64,000 nt of DNA from Candidatus Methanofastidiosum methylothiophilum (GCA_001587575.1 LNJC01000003.1:2937-66936); one strand, 5' to 3'; shown: positions 47,651 through 58,423, numbered from the stretch's first letter. Notes: a model not told the origin generated them from the sequence alone. Numbers and translations: made by a program.

Positions 47651-49528
47651 TCAACTTTTTATCTTTTTTAGTATAGTATCAGGGTCTCTCATATATTCTT
47701 TTATTACATTCCCTACATCTCTATAATTAACTATATTGTTTTCAGCCATCCAGCTTAGAACAAGAGATCTTCTGTTTATTTCTTCCCAGACTTCTTCTTG
47801 TGTCATGCCTCTTGAAACAGATATTCTCTTTACAATACTACTCTCTTTTGCATCATATATGAATTCGTCAGAACCTGGATCCCATCTAAAAACAGTCTGA
47901 TAGATAGGTTCCCCTTTTTTCAAGTCCATTCCTGTTAGTTCAATTACTTCTTTTACTCTTCTTATCGCTTTTCCTTCGATTTTTGCGTGAGTTAATAAGA
48001 AACAAATATTTAATGATTGAAGAAGTGCTGGAGAAAGATTAATCGGCCTTGTGGTAAGTCTATTGATTAAAGCTTCCATTGAATCAGCATGTATTGTTCC
48101 CATTCCTGGGTGACCTGTGGCCATTCCAGTAAACATTACATTTGCTTCAGCCCCTCTAATTTCACCAACTACTAGATAATCTGGTCTTTGTCTTAAAGAT
48201 GCCCTTAGTAAGTCAAACATGTCCACTTCCCCCTGTTTCTTTCCTTCCGTAGTGACAGCTCCAAATCCAGATCTAGTAACAGCAGGTAGCCAATGCTCTT
48301 GGGGGAGATTTAATTCTTGTGTGTCTTCAATAGTAACTATTTTAGCTTCTGGCGGTAAAAATATGGCAAGTGCATTTAACATAGAAGTTTTACCGGTTGC
48401 TGTCCCCCCTGAAATAATGGTGGAAGCAGTGTATGCATGTTCAAGCGCCAACCACATGTAAGCAAATATTCTGGGAGGGCACGATTTGTATTTTATCAAC
48501 TGTATAGGCGTCATTGGGTCTGTTTTAAATCTTCTAACTGTAAAAGTAGGCCCGTGTTGAGTTACTTCTCTCCCAAATGTAGCCTGAACTCTAGAGTTAT
48601 TTGGAAGTCTTCCGTCTAGTAAAGGCTCTGCAACAGATATATGCCTATTACATCTTTGTGCCATCTTTATAATGATACTGTTTGCATCGTCATCTGATTT
48701 AAAAACTATGTTTGAAGGTAGTGATCCGTACTTTGCATGATAAACATAAATTGGTATTCCCGTCCCATCACAGCTTATATCTTCAATTAAGGGGTCATGA
48801 AAGAAAGGTTCGATTGGGCCAAGCCCTATATAATTTCTTCTTAAATAGTACATTATTTTCTCAAATGAATCTGGAGATAATTTGAGATTTAACTCATCAA
48901 CGACTTCCAAGGCCTTGTTTTCTAAATAATCTACCAATTCGCTCTTTTCTTGAAGACTTTTAAAATCTACTTCAAGTTCTTCCTGGATTATGCCTTGTAT
49001 AGTCATGAGTCTAGTTTTTTCTTGTTCAGAAAGATCAGGCTCTTCAATTAGATAAGTTAATTTTGATATTTTTTCGTCCCATTTTATTCTTGCATATGCA
49101 TATGGTTCAATCAAGGGATGTCTTTCGTCAAAACCTGTATAATCTTGAGTTTTCCACTTCTGAGGAATTACGAGTATGTCTTGATCCTTCATTATAACTC
49201 TTCTTTCTTCCTCTAAAGAAGGGAGTCTTCCTCCTTGTATTGTAACAGGGCCAGATATAACAAAAGTCGCAGCACCCACATTAGATGCAATTTCTTTTGA
49301 GAGATTTTCGCTTGTTTCAGCATTTAATTGTTCAGAGGTATTTTTCTTTTTCTGAGTTAATATGTCTTCAGACGAATGAGAGGTACCTAATGACGCCCCT
49401 TCTTTTTTCAAATATTCAACTTCACTCTTTTTTTTGAGCTTCTCATAATTAGATTTGGGCTCATTATCTAGTAAAACTTCAGATTCCTTTAGTTTCTTTA
49501 TTATTTTGAGAGCTCCTCTTTTTCTCAT
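47651..49528 (-). CDS. type IV pilus/Tad-like secretion ATPase (VirB11/FlaI/TadA family) with a ~150-aa K/E/S-rich N-terminal extension
   Basis: Walker A is GGTATGKTSMLNAL. It also has a Walker B/Asp box (IVTIEDTQEL), His box and an N-terminal GspE_N-like region (GLGPIEPFFHDPLIEDISCDG). Length is 625 aa. Confidence 0.8.
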   Translation of the reverse strand: MRKRGALKIIKKLKESEVLLDNEPKSNYEKLKKKSEVEYLKKEGASLGTSHSSEDILTQKKKNTSEQLNAETSENLSKEIASNVGAATFVISGPVTIQGGRLPSLEEERRVIMKDQDILVIPQKWKTQDYTGFDERHPLIEPYAYARIKWDEKISKLTYLIEEPDLSEQEKTRLMTIQGIIQEELEVDFKSLQEKSELVDYLENKALEVVDELNLKLSPDSFEKIMYYLRRNYIGLGPIEPFFHDPLIEDISCDGTGIPIYVYHAKYGSLPSNIVFKSDDDANSIIIKMAQRCNRHISVAEPLLDGRLPNNSRVQATFGREVTQHGPTFTVRRFKTDPMTPIQLIKYKSCPPRIFAYMWLALEHAYTASTIISGGTATGKTSMLNALAIFLPPEAKIVTIEDTQELNLPQEHWLPAVTRSGFGAVTTEGKKQGEVDMFDLLRASLRQRPDYLVVGEIRGAEANVMFTGMATGHPGMGTIHADSMEALINRLTTRPINLSPALLQSLNICFLLTHAKIEGKAIRRVKEVIELTGMDLKKGEPIYQTVFRWDPGSDEFIYDAKESSIVKRISVSRGMTQEEVWEEINRRSLVLSWMAENNIVNYRDVGNVIKEYMRDPDTILKKIKS

Positions 49529-49597
49529 AATCCATTCCTCTATGACTTGTTTCTATTAATGTATATAAATAGTTATCGGTATTGAAAGGAAAAATAA

Positions 49598-51988
49598 CTA
49601 TTGATACACTTTAAAGTTGTAATATTGACTAGTTTCTTTTTTTATGCCGTCAATTTCAAAGGAATAAGTGAATACTAGTAAATAATCGCCCGGTCTTTTT
49701 ACATTGTATTTATATGTAGAAATATAAGTTGTGAATTCCTCTATGTTTATCCTTCCAGACCTTTCTAAAATTGAAGTATATTGATAGTAAGGAACTCTTT
49801 TTAGTAATACTCTTCCGATGCCATCTTTATGGTAAGGGATTATAGAAATTACCTGAAATCCAACTCCCCCACAATAGAAGATATCTTTTTCTAGTAGTTT
49901 ATTAGATCCATTAACATAGATATATCCCTCATTTTCGTCTATAATCCCATTTTTATTTTCGTCTACTCTAATTTTAATATATTTATTAAATGTATTAATC
50001 TCTTCAAATAATGTTCTAGTGTCACTAAGCCAAACTAACTGTCCTTGTTGAGGATAATAAAGATCATATTCGAAGAAGTTTTGGCTATTTATAGAAGAAA
50101 AACATGCAAGTAGCCCATCATCAGTTATTAAAGTACCGTTAGTATCTTTAGAAAAAGAGGGATTAGAGGATTGAATAATCAATTTATCTGTTAAATCGTT
50201 ATATCCATATTTCCATTTATTAACTACTTGATATTCTCCATCTTTCCATCCATAAAAGAGTCTTGTTTTACCAACAGGGGATTGTTTCATTTCTGACTTC
50301 ATATCGAATAATTTGAAATAAACATGCCATTTTTCATCTTTATTTAAAAAATTGACACTTTCTAGAACTAGAACATAGTTATTCAAAACGAATGAATCTC
50401 CTATCTCCAATAATACATCTTCGCCCAATAGGGTTTCAAATATTATTTGGTATGGATCGACATTCCCTAATCCATCTCTAACTAATCTTATTTCATAAGT
50501 ATTACTGCCTAATTTAAATTCTCCAGAGTCAGGATTTTGAGGGATATCTATTATGACTTCTAAATTATCTGTATTTCTCTTAAGGAAACTAACTAATGTA
50601 GTAGATATACTCCTAACAACGTATTCTTCTCCCCTTAGATTAAACTCAAATCCTTCTTCAATTGGATATGCAGAAACACATGCTAAACTTCCGACTGAAT
50701 CTCTACGACATCTTTGAATATCAAGCAGTATTTCTGAAGTTCCACTCAATTCATAGATCCCTTCAATTTTTTTAGTTAAAGTATTTATTTTGACTTTGTA
50801 TCTAGAACCTTCAGATTCAAAAATACCTTCGTCTAATGATAAATAAACATTAACAATTTCCCACATCTTTAATGAGCTTCCTAATCTTTTTGAACCGTTA
50901 ATATCTTTATCAGATATTGCACTTTCAAGATCATTATGAATAGAAGTGGAGATAATTACAGTATCGCCTGTTACTATTTCATTAGTTCTAATGCCATTTT
51001 CCTTAATTGCAAATACATCTATTAGCCCGTATCTTAATCCTGGAGATTCGTTAGGGTCAAAAGATTGTTTTCTTCTTTCTGTTTCTTGTAAAGAGATCTG
51101 GATATTTAATATTGTATATTTAATATAGTCATCTCTTTGTCCATTGGGAATATATTTAATATCCGTTATTTTAATCAAGTAATTATTTAATAAGAAAACG
51201 TCACCTTCATAAAATCTAGATATGCCATCTAGAGTTATTTGATTTCCACTTTGATTTAAAATTGTTATATAATTCCTTCCATCGTTTGCGATATTCAAAT
51301 AATTGTTCTCTACAAAAGGAGCTCTGTTTTCAATATTGTTCATTCCAGCGTAAGTTATTCTATATTCTCCAAAAGTATATGCCCTATTATTATACACAAT
51401 CCTTGAATTTGAAGAATAGTTCCCTTCTTTGAAGATAATTTCTACATCGCCATGAATCACATATGGATTCAAAGAAGAAGGATCGGATAATTTATTCAAA
51501 GGGGCGACTTCAAACTGGCCTATGTCAGAACTCATTAAATATCTTTTTGGGGAGTCAGATATTTTTCTCGTGTCAACTAATAATTTTCTATTAAAATTTC
51601 CAACTTCAAATACAGAAGGGCCAATGAATAATACATCATCATCAAAGGTGATGTTACTTGATTTAGAAACTTCGATACCCACGTCCAGCTTCGATAAATA
51701 ATAGTTTAACTCTTTTTCTTCGATAGCATAGTGGGCAGAATATATCCCTGCAAATGCATTGTGTATTGAATTAAGATTTCCTGTCCGATATATTTCTTCA
51801 AAAGCATTTTTTGAAGTATCTCTAAATGAACTTTCAATATAATTTGATATGAAAGGGATATCAGAATACCTTATGTCCTCTATTGATTGAGATACTTGAC
51901 GGTAAGAAAGTAGAGAATACTGAATAGCCAGAAGAGAAATTATTACAAGGATTGCAGCAAAGATAAAGAATTGAGATTTATTATTCAT
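49598..51988 (-). CDS. secreted 796-aa protein with class III (prepilin-like) signal peptide
   Basis: The N-terminus is MNNKSQFFIFAAILVIISLLAIQY: a short basic region, KSQ, then a hydrophobic helix, matching the archaeal FlaK/PibD substrate pattern [KR][GAS][QAV]. It overlaps the upstream gene stop by 4 nt. Confidence 0.5.
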   Translation of the reverse strand: MNNKSQFFIFAAILVIISLLAIQYSLLSYRQVSQSIEDIRYSDIPFISNYIESSFRDTSKNAFEEIYRTGNLNSIHNAFAGIYSAHYAIEEKELNYYLSKLDVGIEVSKSSNITFDDDVLFIGPSVFEVGNFNRKLLVDTRKISDSPKRYLMSSDIGQFEVAPLNKLSDPSSLNPYVIHGDVEIIFKEGNYSSNSRIVYNNRAYTFGEYRITYAGMNNIENRAPFVENNYLNIANDGRNYITILNQSGNQITLDGISRFYEGDVFLLNNYLIKITDIKYIPNGQRDDYIKYTILNIQISLQETERRKQSFDPNESPGLRYGLIDVFAIKENGIRTNEIVTGDTVIISTSIHNDLESAISDKDINGSKRLGSSLKMWEIVNVYLSLDEGIFESEGSRYKVKINTLTKKIEGIYELSGTSEILLDIQRCRRDSVGSLACVSAYPIEEGFEFNLRGEEYVVRSISTTLVSFLKRNTDNLEVIIDIPQNPDSGEFKLGSNTYEIRLVRDGLGNVDPYQIIFETLLGEDVLLEIGDSFVLNNYVLVLESVNFLNKDEKWHVYFKLFDMKSEMKQSPVGKTRLFYGWKDGEYQVVNKWKYGYNDLTDKLIIQSSNPSFSKDTNGTLITDDGLLACFSSINSQNFFEYDLYYPQQGQLVWLSDTRTLFEEINTFNKYIKIRVDENKNGIIDENEGYIYVNGSNKLLEKDIFYCGGVGFQVISIIPYHKDGIGRVLLKRVPYYQYTSILERSGRINIEEFTTYISTYKYNVKRPGDYLLVFTYSFEIDGIKKETSQYYNFKVYQ

Positions 51989-53139
51989 AATTTTTTCCTC
52001 CCCATTATTAAAGATACATAATAAGCTCTAACATTGCTACTAGTGTCCATAGTAGAAACAATTCTTTTCGCAGAAATTATTGATTCCATTTCTCCTGGCT
52101 TTTCTATACTTAATATACTCTTTTTATAAGGGACAAGATTAATGATTATATGCCCATTTATTCCATCGAAAGATAAAGTTTTAATATTTCCTGAATAATT
52201 CCCAAAAACCGTCCAATCTCCTCTTCTTAAACCTTTGGTGTAAGTTGTAAATTGATTAGGTTCACCAATTTTTTTCTCAATATCTAGTGTAGTTTCACTG
52301 GCAGTATTATTAAGTGTAAATCTAAAAGTATCATTAAAAATATTGATTATTTTTGTATTAGTTCCAATTAAATCGACGTATAATGTTTCATCAAGTAAAG
52401 CAAAAGAAATAGAATTACCATCTCTCGCAATATTTGATATTTGAAATGTATATTCATAAATTGTACCGCTAGAGTAAGATGAAAAAGAAACTATATCCCC
52501 TACCCTAAGAGGAGTACTACTTGAAAGTTTTGTTGTTGAGGTCGAAAAATCTAAAGCCGATAAAGGATTACCCCTCTCAAGTTTCAAATATACTGTGTCG
52601 TATCCTGGAACTTCGTCTATTGAATCAACTAATAACAATCCATATATCTTTACACTTCCTCCGTCAGGAAAATATATTGTATAATCTCCGGGCCACCCAG
52701 TTTGTGTTTCATGAAACTTCCAAATATTAGAATTATTAGACAAAGTACCTATTTTATAGCCATTTGTGAGAACTCCTGGATTATCAGAATCAAGGCTTGC
52801 ATCACCTTGAGTATTTATATATACTATATTTGTAATCTCAAATATATTAAATTTATACGCATAGCCAGGAGGTATAAGAGAATTAAGTTTCGTTTCGAGT
52901 AAACTAAATTGTCTATCATTTATATAGTATCCAAGTTCACTTTGATTATTAACTACACCTTTCTCAAGTATCACAAGAACATCCTCAGCTGAGTTTCTGG
53001 CATTTATTACTTCCCAAGAGGGATTTGAAGAAAATGTCGTTCCATAATCGCTTAATATGAATGAAACTCCCAATATCATTATAACTGCTGCAATAATTGC
53101 TTCGAATGTTCTCATTACTGATTTATTATTCATCAGCAT
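51985..53139 (-). CDS. secreted 384-aa protein with class III-like signal peptide
   Basis: The N-terminus is MLMNNKSVMRTFEAIIAAVIMILGVSFIL. Its start overlaps the upstream gene by 7 nt. Confidence 0.45.
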   Translation of the reverse strand: MLMNNKSVMRTFEAIIAAVIMILGVSFILSDYGTTFSSNPSWEVINARNSAEDVLVILEKGVVNNQSELGYYINDRQFSLLETKLNSLIPPGYAYKFNIFEITNIVYINTQGDASLDSDNPGVLTNGYKIGTLSNNSNIWKFHETQTGWPGDYTIYFPDGGSVKIYGLLLVDSIDEVPGYDTVYLKLERGNPLSALDFSTSTTKLSSSTPLRVGDIVSFSSYSSGTIYEYTFQISNIARDGNSISFALLDETLYVDLIGTNTKIINIFNDTFRFTLNNTASETTLDIEKKIGEPNQFTTYTKGLRRGDWTVFGNYSGNIKTLSFDGINGHIIINLVPYKKSILSIEKPGEMESIISAKRIVSTMDTSSNVRAYYVSLIMGRKKL

Positions 53140-53942
53140 ATTCTATTTCCCTCCCACATGATCAAAGTAAGCCTCTTTTCAGTTAGATTTCCAAACTCTT
53201 CGACCATGACAAGCCTAGATATAACAAGAACAATGTCAGAGTAGCTTCTATCTCTCCCTAAAACAATATCTGCAGCATCGATATTCAAGATTTGGGCCCC
53301 CTGTCCTGATTTGAATATGTCAGTTACAATATAAGTTCTTGAATCAAGTATGAAAGTATCTCCTTTAACAAATCCTAATTTTGGATTATTATCTTCATCA
53401 CGCCCATAAATCTCATTTGTTACTTCATCTTGAAAATTTTTATTCATGTTTATATCAATAAAAAGACGATCGTATTCCCCATTTTGATCAATATCTATAA
53501 TTAAGAATTCATAAGATCTAATTCCTAGATAGACTGTTTCAGTATTGAAGTGAGGTGGATAACTATCAGAAGGAGAGGATCCAGTTGGTAAGGAATAATT
53601 TAGATCACTTATATCTTTTGAGGTCATTATTCCTATAGTATTAACTTCTGTATGTGTGGAAGATATCAAGATCTGAATATCATAAACAGGTTTATTATTT
53701 GAATAGTCTAATAAACCAAGTTTTCTTAATAGTGAAATATAGCTGTTAGTTGACGTTTCTAGAGGACAAAAAGGGTATCTTGAAGTATCCTCATTTGATA
53801 CAAAGTCGACCATTTTATCGTAGGATAGTATATGATTTCTTGAAAGAAGACTATATGTAGGATCGGACATTATTTTTTCTATTGAAGAAATAGCCGTAAG
53901 TTGAACATCAACATATTCAGTTTTTTCTAGATAAGGATTCAA
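53133..53942 (-). CDS. pilin-like protein, 269 aa from the TTG in the ORF track; probably extends about 40 codons upstream to include a class III signal peptide
   Basis: The in-frame upstream sequence, with no intervening stop, reads ...IIKLFVKFNRSRKGQDIIDNIIALGIFTIAFLYVVYIAANS-[TTG]. This is a textbook archaeal prepilin signal (RKGQ plus a hydrophobic helix), but it lacks an in-frame ATG, GTG or TTG. Confidence 0.5.
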   Translation of the reverse strand: MNPYLEKTEYVDVQLTAISSIEKIMSDPTYSLLSRNHILSYDKMVDFVSNEDTSRYPFCPLETSTNSYISLLRKLGLLDYSNNKPVYDIQILISSTHTEVNTIGIMTSKDISDLNYSLPTGSSPSDSYPPHFNTETVYLGIRSYEFLIIDIDQNGEYDRLFIDINMNKNFQDEVTNEIYGRDEDNNPKLGFVKGDTFILDSRTYIVTDIFKSGQGAQILNIDAADIVLGRDRSYSDIVLVISRLVMVEEFGNLTEKRLTLIMWEGNRIC

Positions 53943-54064
53943 TGAATTTGCAGCAATATATACTACATAAAGAAAAGCGATAGTAAATATACCAAGGGCT
54001 ATTATATTATCTATTATATCTTGTCCTTTTCTAGACCGATTAAATTTAACGAATAATTTTATTA

Positions 54065-57000
54065 TTAACCCTCCTGGGGATTGGGTGACAAATAAGCGCC
54101 ATAACTAGTTATAACAACATACTTATTTTTTGAAATACTTGAAATTGTTCCATATATACTCATTCCTCTAAGCTCTTTAATGTACTCAACGTCTGCGTTT
54201 TTAGGATCATATATTAGAATTTTGTCTCCAAGTCCTTGAATAATATACTCCCTTGTGCCGATAGTATTTGGTATATCTAGATTAACCCATATGCCTTCTT
54301 CAATCTGAATGTTCTTAGTTGGTGCTGAGGTGTATGCCATTATATTATTGAACAGTCTTATCATACCCCTGTCTATAAAGGTAATGATAAAATTATTATC
54401 CATTATATCTCCATAAATAGATTCAACGTTTAAGTTAGTTTCAATTGGCCTTCCTTCATAAGTATTTATATTGATTTTTGTGATATCTTTTTCATTGAGA
54501 GTTCTCTCATCAGAAAACAAATTATTCCTATTGGTATCTATTTTAATCCATTTTTCAGATATATAAGCCTGAAAATTATTTGAGGCCCCAAAGGTGAAAT
54601 TGGACACTAATCTAAATTTATCATCATAAGGATCATTTATATCTCCAAGCTCTATAGCTTCTGGTTCAGAAAAAGTATAATTTATGGGGGTAAGATTAGT
54701 CAAAGTATTTGCAGTCCCATAAAGATCGTGTCTTGAAAAATTCCAACGTGTGTAATGGTAACCAACATTTAAGGAGATAACTCGGCCATCGTGAGTCATG
54801 AATATTACTTCTGATTTACCGTCGTTATCTATATCGTCTACAGCTACAGAACCTCTAATTGGGCTTCCTGTTGGATATTCCCATAGTTTATTGAGTTTAT
54901 TGTCGTCACTTGGAGGCAGAGAAGTATCGCCATTATCATCTCCTTGTGTAGTATCCCTATATGCTAACGCATATACTTTTCCGTCTTCCGCGCCAATTAC
55001 ACAATCGAAGAAAAAGGCATCATATTTTTTTTGGTGGGTACTATAGTTATTCACTTCTACTATAGCGGGTGTCGCATAAGAGGAAGTAAGAGAAGAAGAT
55101 TGAGTAATACGGCCCCTTACTTGATGAGTAAGGTCAAGATGTTGTATCATTAGATACTGGCCACCAGGAACTACCATCTGGGGCCCTCTTAAGTGAAATC
55201 CATTTGGAGAGTGTACTACTGGGTGGCCAGATATCAAATCGTTAGTGTTTGATTGAATGTTTAATTGTGTTAATTCACCAGTAGATCCATCTATCTTATA
55301 AGATCTTACTCTATCGTTTACAATAACAGACACCAACACATCTTTATAATTCTTTAAGTAGTCTGTTTGGGCAATAACAGGTGACGATACAATATAACCC
55401 AAGGGCATGTTTGGAGTGATGTTCGGAATTGTAAAATTTCTAAGAACACGATTATTCCAGTTCACTCCGTCAATTATGTATACATTACCATCAACTGAAG
55501 TCCAAATTATATCTAGATACCCATCTCTGTTTATATCTTCAATCGCAGGGGATGTTGAGGGCATCATTATTTGTGGGGTGTATGGAGAATTTGGAAGACG
55601 ATATGCAAATAAATTAGGGGATACGCTAATCTGTGTTCCAGATAATTTGAATAGTCTTTGACGAGTTTTACCACTATATGCATAAATATTATTTTTTATT
55701 GTAATGTTAGTATTTACAAGACTACTTTGGTTTTGTACATACTGAAGATTTGTAAAATATGTATCTACAACTATTATATCGTCATACCCATCATTATCTA
55801 TGTCAGCTATTGCAGGTGCGGAGAGCATTGCGCCGTCGATTGGGAATTTCCATAGAATATTTCCTGTTGCTGCGTCCAATACAGAAACATTAGAAGATGT
55901 TGTGCTAATTATAATTGTTCTTTGATTTAAACGGCGATCAAATTCTGCCATTATGTTTCCACCGCCAACAACTATCTCTAAAACTCCATCTTTATTTAGG
56001 TCGCATACTGCTGGCGACGATATTGCAGTAGGTGCATATAGGTACCGAGTATTACTTGAACTAACTACAGGCAAATTATTAACAACATTTTTTTCCCATA
56101 TCGTTGCACCGTCTGTTCCATTTATTGCCCTTACATTTCCATTTCTCATTCCTATGACTACATCAATTATACTATTATTGTTCACATCTGCTGTAGAAGG
56201 CGAAGAATTATTTAACAGCACCGGAAACTCGTTAGAAAGGATACTATTGTCCCCATCGTTCCAGGGAGGAAAAAATTCTGGATTATCAACTTGAACAGAC
56301 CATTTTTCACTAAGGGAGTTATCTGTAAGTCTATAAGAAGGAATAGATTTTTTTCCATTTTCTTCTATGTCATAATATATATCGTATATTCTTTTTGTTC
56401 CGGGTATTGTTCTTGATTGATTGTTTGAGGGGGTTGCGCCCATTGAAAAATAAACATATATGGGAGGATACTCTCTAAAGAAAAGATTGTTTCCGGATGG
56501 TGTTTTTTCATATAGTCTAAACAATACATTCTGATACCATGTCAAGACTTTGTTGTTGGGAGTTTCCATGGATAATCTAATCTTATTATCTCCTTTAATG
56601 AAATATTTTGCAGGTAAGGTACAACTAAAGCTTTCGGGCCCGTTCGTTTGCCCTCCGTCAAAAGGATTCCAGTATCCTGCTACAGGCGTATTACCGCCTT
56701 CTATGACTTCTGTAACAGGGACTTCATTAATAAAAACACGAAAATCTGTATTAATAGAGGGGCTTTCATCTTTGTATTGTGAACCAAAAGGAACTTCCAT
56801 TTCTAGTAGTATATTAACTGGATTATCTAATTCAAAGAAAATAGTATGCTCATGAAATTCTAGGGGAGAATTCCTATAACCTGCAGCTTGCATATTTGGC
56901 CTATAGGGATATGTTTGACTTGGAATTTCAATGTTCTGAGAGCAGTTACCTCCTATCAACTCGACAACTCTAATTGAGTCGAAATCTAATGTAGCTCTTT

Positions 57001-58414
57001 CGAGATCTAAGAAACCCTGTTTTGCAAGTCTATTAATATCGGCTGTTGGGTCAATAATAATCTCAATGGGTTCATTTACTCTAATTATATTTACTGGATC
57101 GACTTCAAGACGTTTTCTAAAATGCCAATCTGGAGGATTCCCGAGTTGTCCCGGATCCCACCATGCACATACATTAAATTTATTATCTACAATAGAATGG
57201 ATATCCACAGGAATAGACGTTGTAACTATTTTACCTGCCCCCCAAGTTGAAACTATGAGAGAAGGATTATTATTAAGATACGGCCCATATGGTGTCTCCC
57301 TTAGTAAGATTTCATTTGCAGGTCCATCGACAAAAGGCTCAACTATAGTTCCTTGTGCAGAAAAATAGCTTCCAGATATTTCATATGATTCAATATTATT
57401 AGTTATATTATGCTGTTTTGAAACTCCAATAGTATCATATTGTCCAGAATCAAAGGTAACGTTAACTGGAAGGAAGTCATATTTCTTTTTTTGATTGGGG
57501 TTTTGAGTGAACATTATCAAAGAACCCCCACTTTTTATATAGTTGTTTAAGATATCTTTAGTAGGATTTTGGGATAGAGAGTCAATCATATCGGATGTAG
57601 AGGGAATGAAAATATTAGTATAATAATTAATATACCTACTATCAATCCCATCTTTTTTTGAGTTAACAATATAGTAATTTGAAGGATAGACAGAATATTC
57701 TTCAACGTTGTCTACTACTTTATAATATTCAGACCAATAGGATTTTGGGTATTCTAAGAGAAAACATGTTTTTGCTAAGGATTCGGGAGGTTTGCCTGCA
57801 TCTCCGATTACAGCTGATTTAAAAGTTGGCGTCAAATAAACTATGTATTCCTGACCTCTGCCGGCCACCATTGGTTCAATTTTATATAAATAGAAATCCC
57901 CTATTATGTTCTTGTCTTTTAATTCTATAATTTGTGGATTTGAATATAGATTATAATCTCCATCAATGTAAAATCTTGTATTTAATTTTATTTCCTTTGT
58001 ATCTTTGATTGCTCCAGTTTTATCTTTAGTGGATAAGGACAATGACGTTGGAACTTGGTTATTGTTAGAAATAATACAGATTATTTTAAAAAATTCATTT
58101 TCCCCTACAAACTGACGTTCACTTTGGTTTATTAATCCACCGTCTTTAAGGGGTATAGTCATGTTTGTTTGGACAAGAGTTCTTTCAATCCAAGCAATTT
58201 CGTTATGGGCTACAGTATTTTCAATATAAGTAGCTATATTTTGAAAACTTTTCTCATCGATACGCTTAGAATAAGTTTGAGAAAACTCTTCTGACGTCCT
58301 CCAAAAAAATACGGTCGTTGCAAGTAAAATAGCAATTAGCATAATGGCCATAACTACATGCATTTGAGATTTTTTAGAGTGAATAAAATTAATGTTGAAT
58401 ATACTCATTTTCAT
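54065..58414 (-). CDS. giant (1449 aa) secreted protein with class III signal peptide and integrin-like FG-GAP beta-propeller repeats
   Basis: The N-terminus is MKMSIFNINFIHSKKSQMHVVMAIMLIAILLATTVFF (KSQ plus hydrophobic helix). There are multiple Ca-binding-loop-like DxDxDG repeats embedded in FG-GAP-like blades (DLNKDGVLEIVVGG, DIDNDGYDDIIVV, DINRDGYLDIIWTSVDGNVYII, DIDNDGKSEVIFMTHDGRVISL). Confidence 0.6.
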   Translation of the reverse strand: MKMSIFNINFIHSKKSQMHVVMAIMLIAILLATTVFFWRTSEEFSQTYSKRIDEKSFQNIATYIENTVAHNEIAWIERTLVQTNMTIPLKDGGLINQSERQFVGENEFFKIICIISNNNQVPTSLSLSTKDKTGAIKDTKEIKLNTRFYIDGDYNLYSNPQIIELKDKNIIGDFYLYKIEPMVAGRGQEYIVYLTPTFKSAVIGDAGKPPESLAKTCFLLEYPKSYWSEYYKVVDNVEEYSVYPSNYYIVNSKKDGIDSRYINYYTNIFIPSTSDMIDSLSQNPTKDILNNYIKSGGSLIMFTQNPNQKKKYDFLPVNVTFDSGQYDTIGVSKQHNITNNIESYEISGSYFSAQGTIVEPFVDGPANEILLRETPYGPYLNNNPSLIVSTWGAGKIVTTSIPVDIHSIVDNKFNVCAWWDPGQLGNPPDWHFRKRLEVDPVNIIRVNEPIEIIIDPTADINRLAKQGFLDLERATLDFDSIRVVELIGGNCSQNIEIPSQTYPYRPNMQAAGYRNSPLEFHEHTIFFELDNPVNILLEMEVPFGSQYKDESPSINTDFRVFINEVPVTEVIEGGNTPVAGYWNPFDGGQTNGPESFSCTLPAKYFIKGDNKIRLSMETPNNKVLTWYQNVLFRLYEKTPSGNNLFFREYPPIYVYFSMGATPSNNQSRTIPGTKRIYDIYYDIEENGKKSIPSYRLTDNSLSEKWSVQVDNPEFFPPWNDGDNSILSNEFPVLLNNSSPSTADVNNNSIIDVVIGMRNGNVRAINGTDGATIWEKNVVNNLPVVSSSNTRYLYAPTAISSPAVCDLNKDGVLEIVVGGGNIMAEFDRRLNQRTIIISTTSSNVSVLDAATGNILWKFPIDGAMLSAPAIADIDNDGYDDIIVVDTYFTNLQYVQNQSSLVNTNITIKNNIYAYSGKTRQRLFKLSGTQISVSPNLFAYRLPNSPYTPQIMMPSTSPAIEDINRDGYLDIIWTSVDGNVYIIDGVNWNNRVLRNFTIPNITPNMPLGYIVSSPVIAQTDYLKNYKDVLVSVIVNDRVRSYKIDGSTGELTQLNIQSNTNDLISGHPVVHSPNGFHLRGPQMVVPGGQYLMIQHLDLTHQVRGRITQSSSLTSSYATPAIVEVNNYSTHQKKYDAFFFDCVIGAEDGKVYALAYRDTTQGDDNGDTSLPPSDDNKLNKLWEYPTGSPIRGSVAVDDIDNDGKSEVIFMTHDGRVISLNVGYHYTRWNFSRHDLYGTANTLTNLTPINYTFSEPEAIELGDINDPYDDKFRLVSNFTFGASNNFQAYISEKWIKIDTNRNNLFSDERTLNEKDITKININTYEGRPIETNLNVESIYGDIMDNNFIITFIDRGMIRLFNNIMAYTSAPTKNIQIEEGIWVNLDIPNTIGTREYIIQGLGDKILIYDPKNADVEYIKELRGMSIYGTISSISKNKYVVITSYGAYLSPNPQEG

Positions 58415-58423
58415 GTATACATC

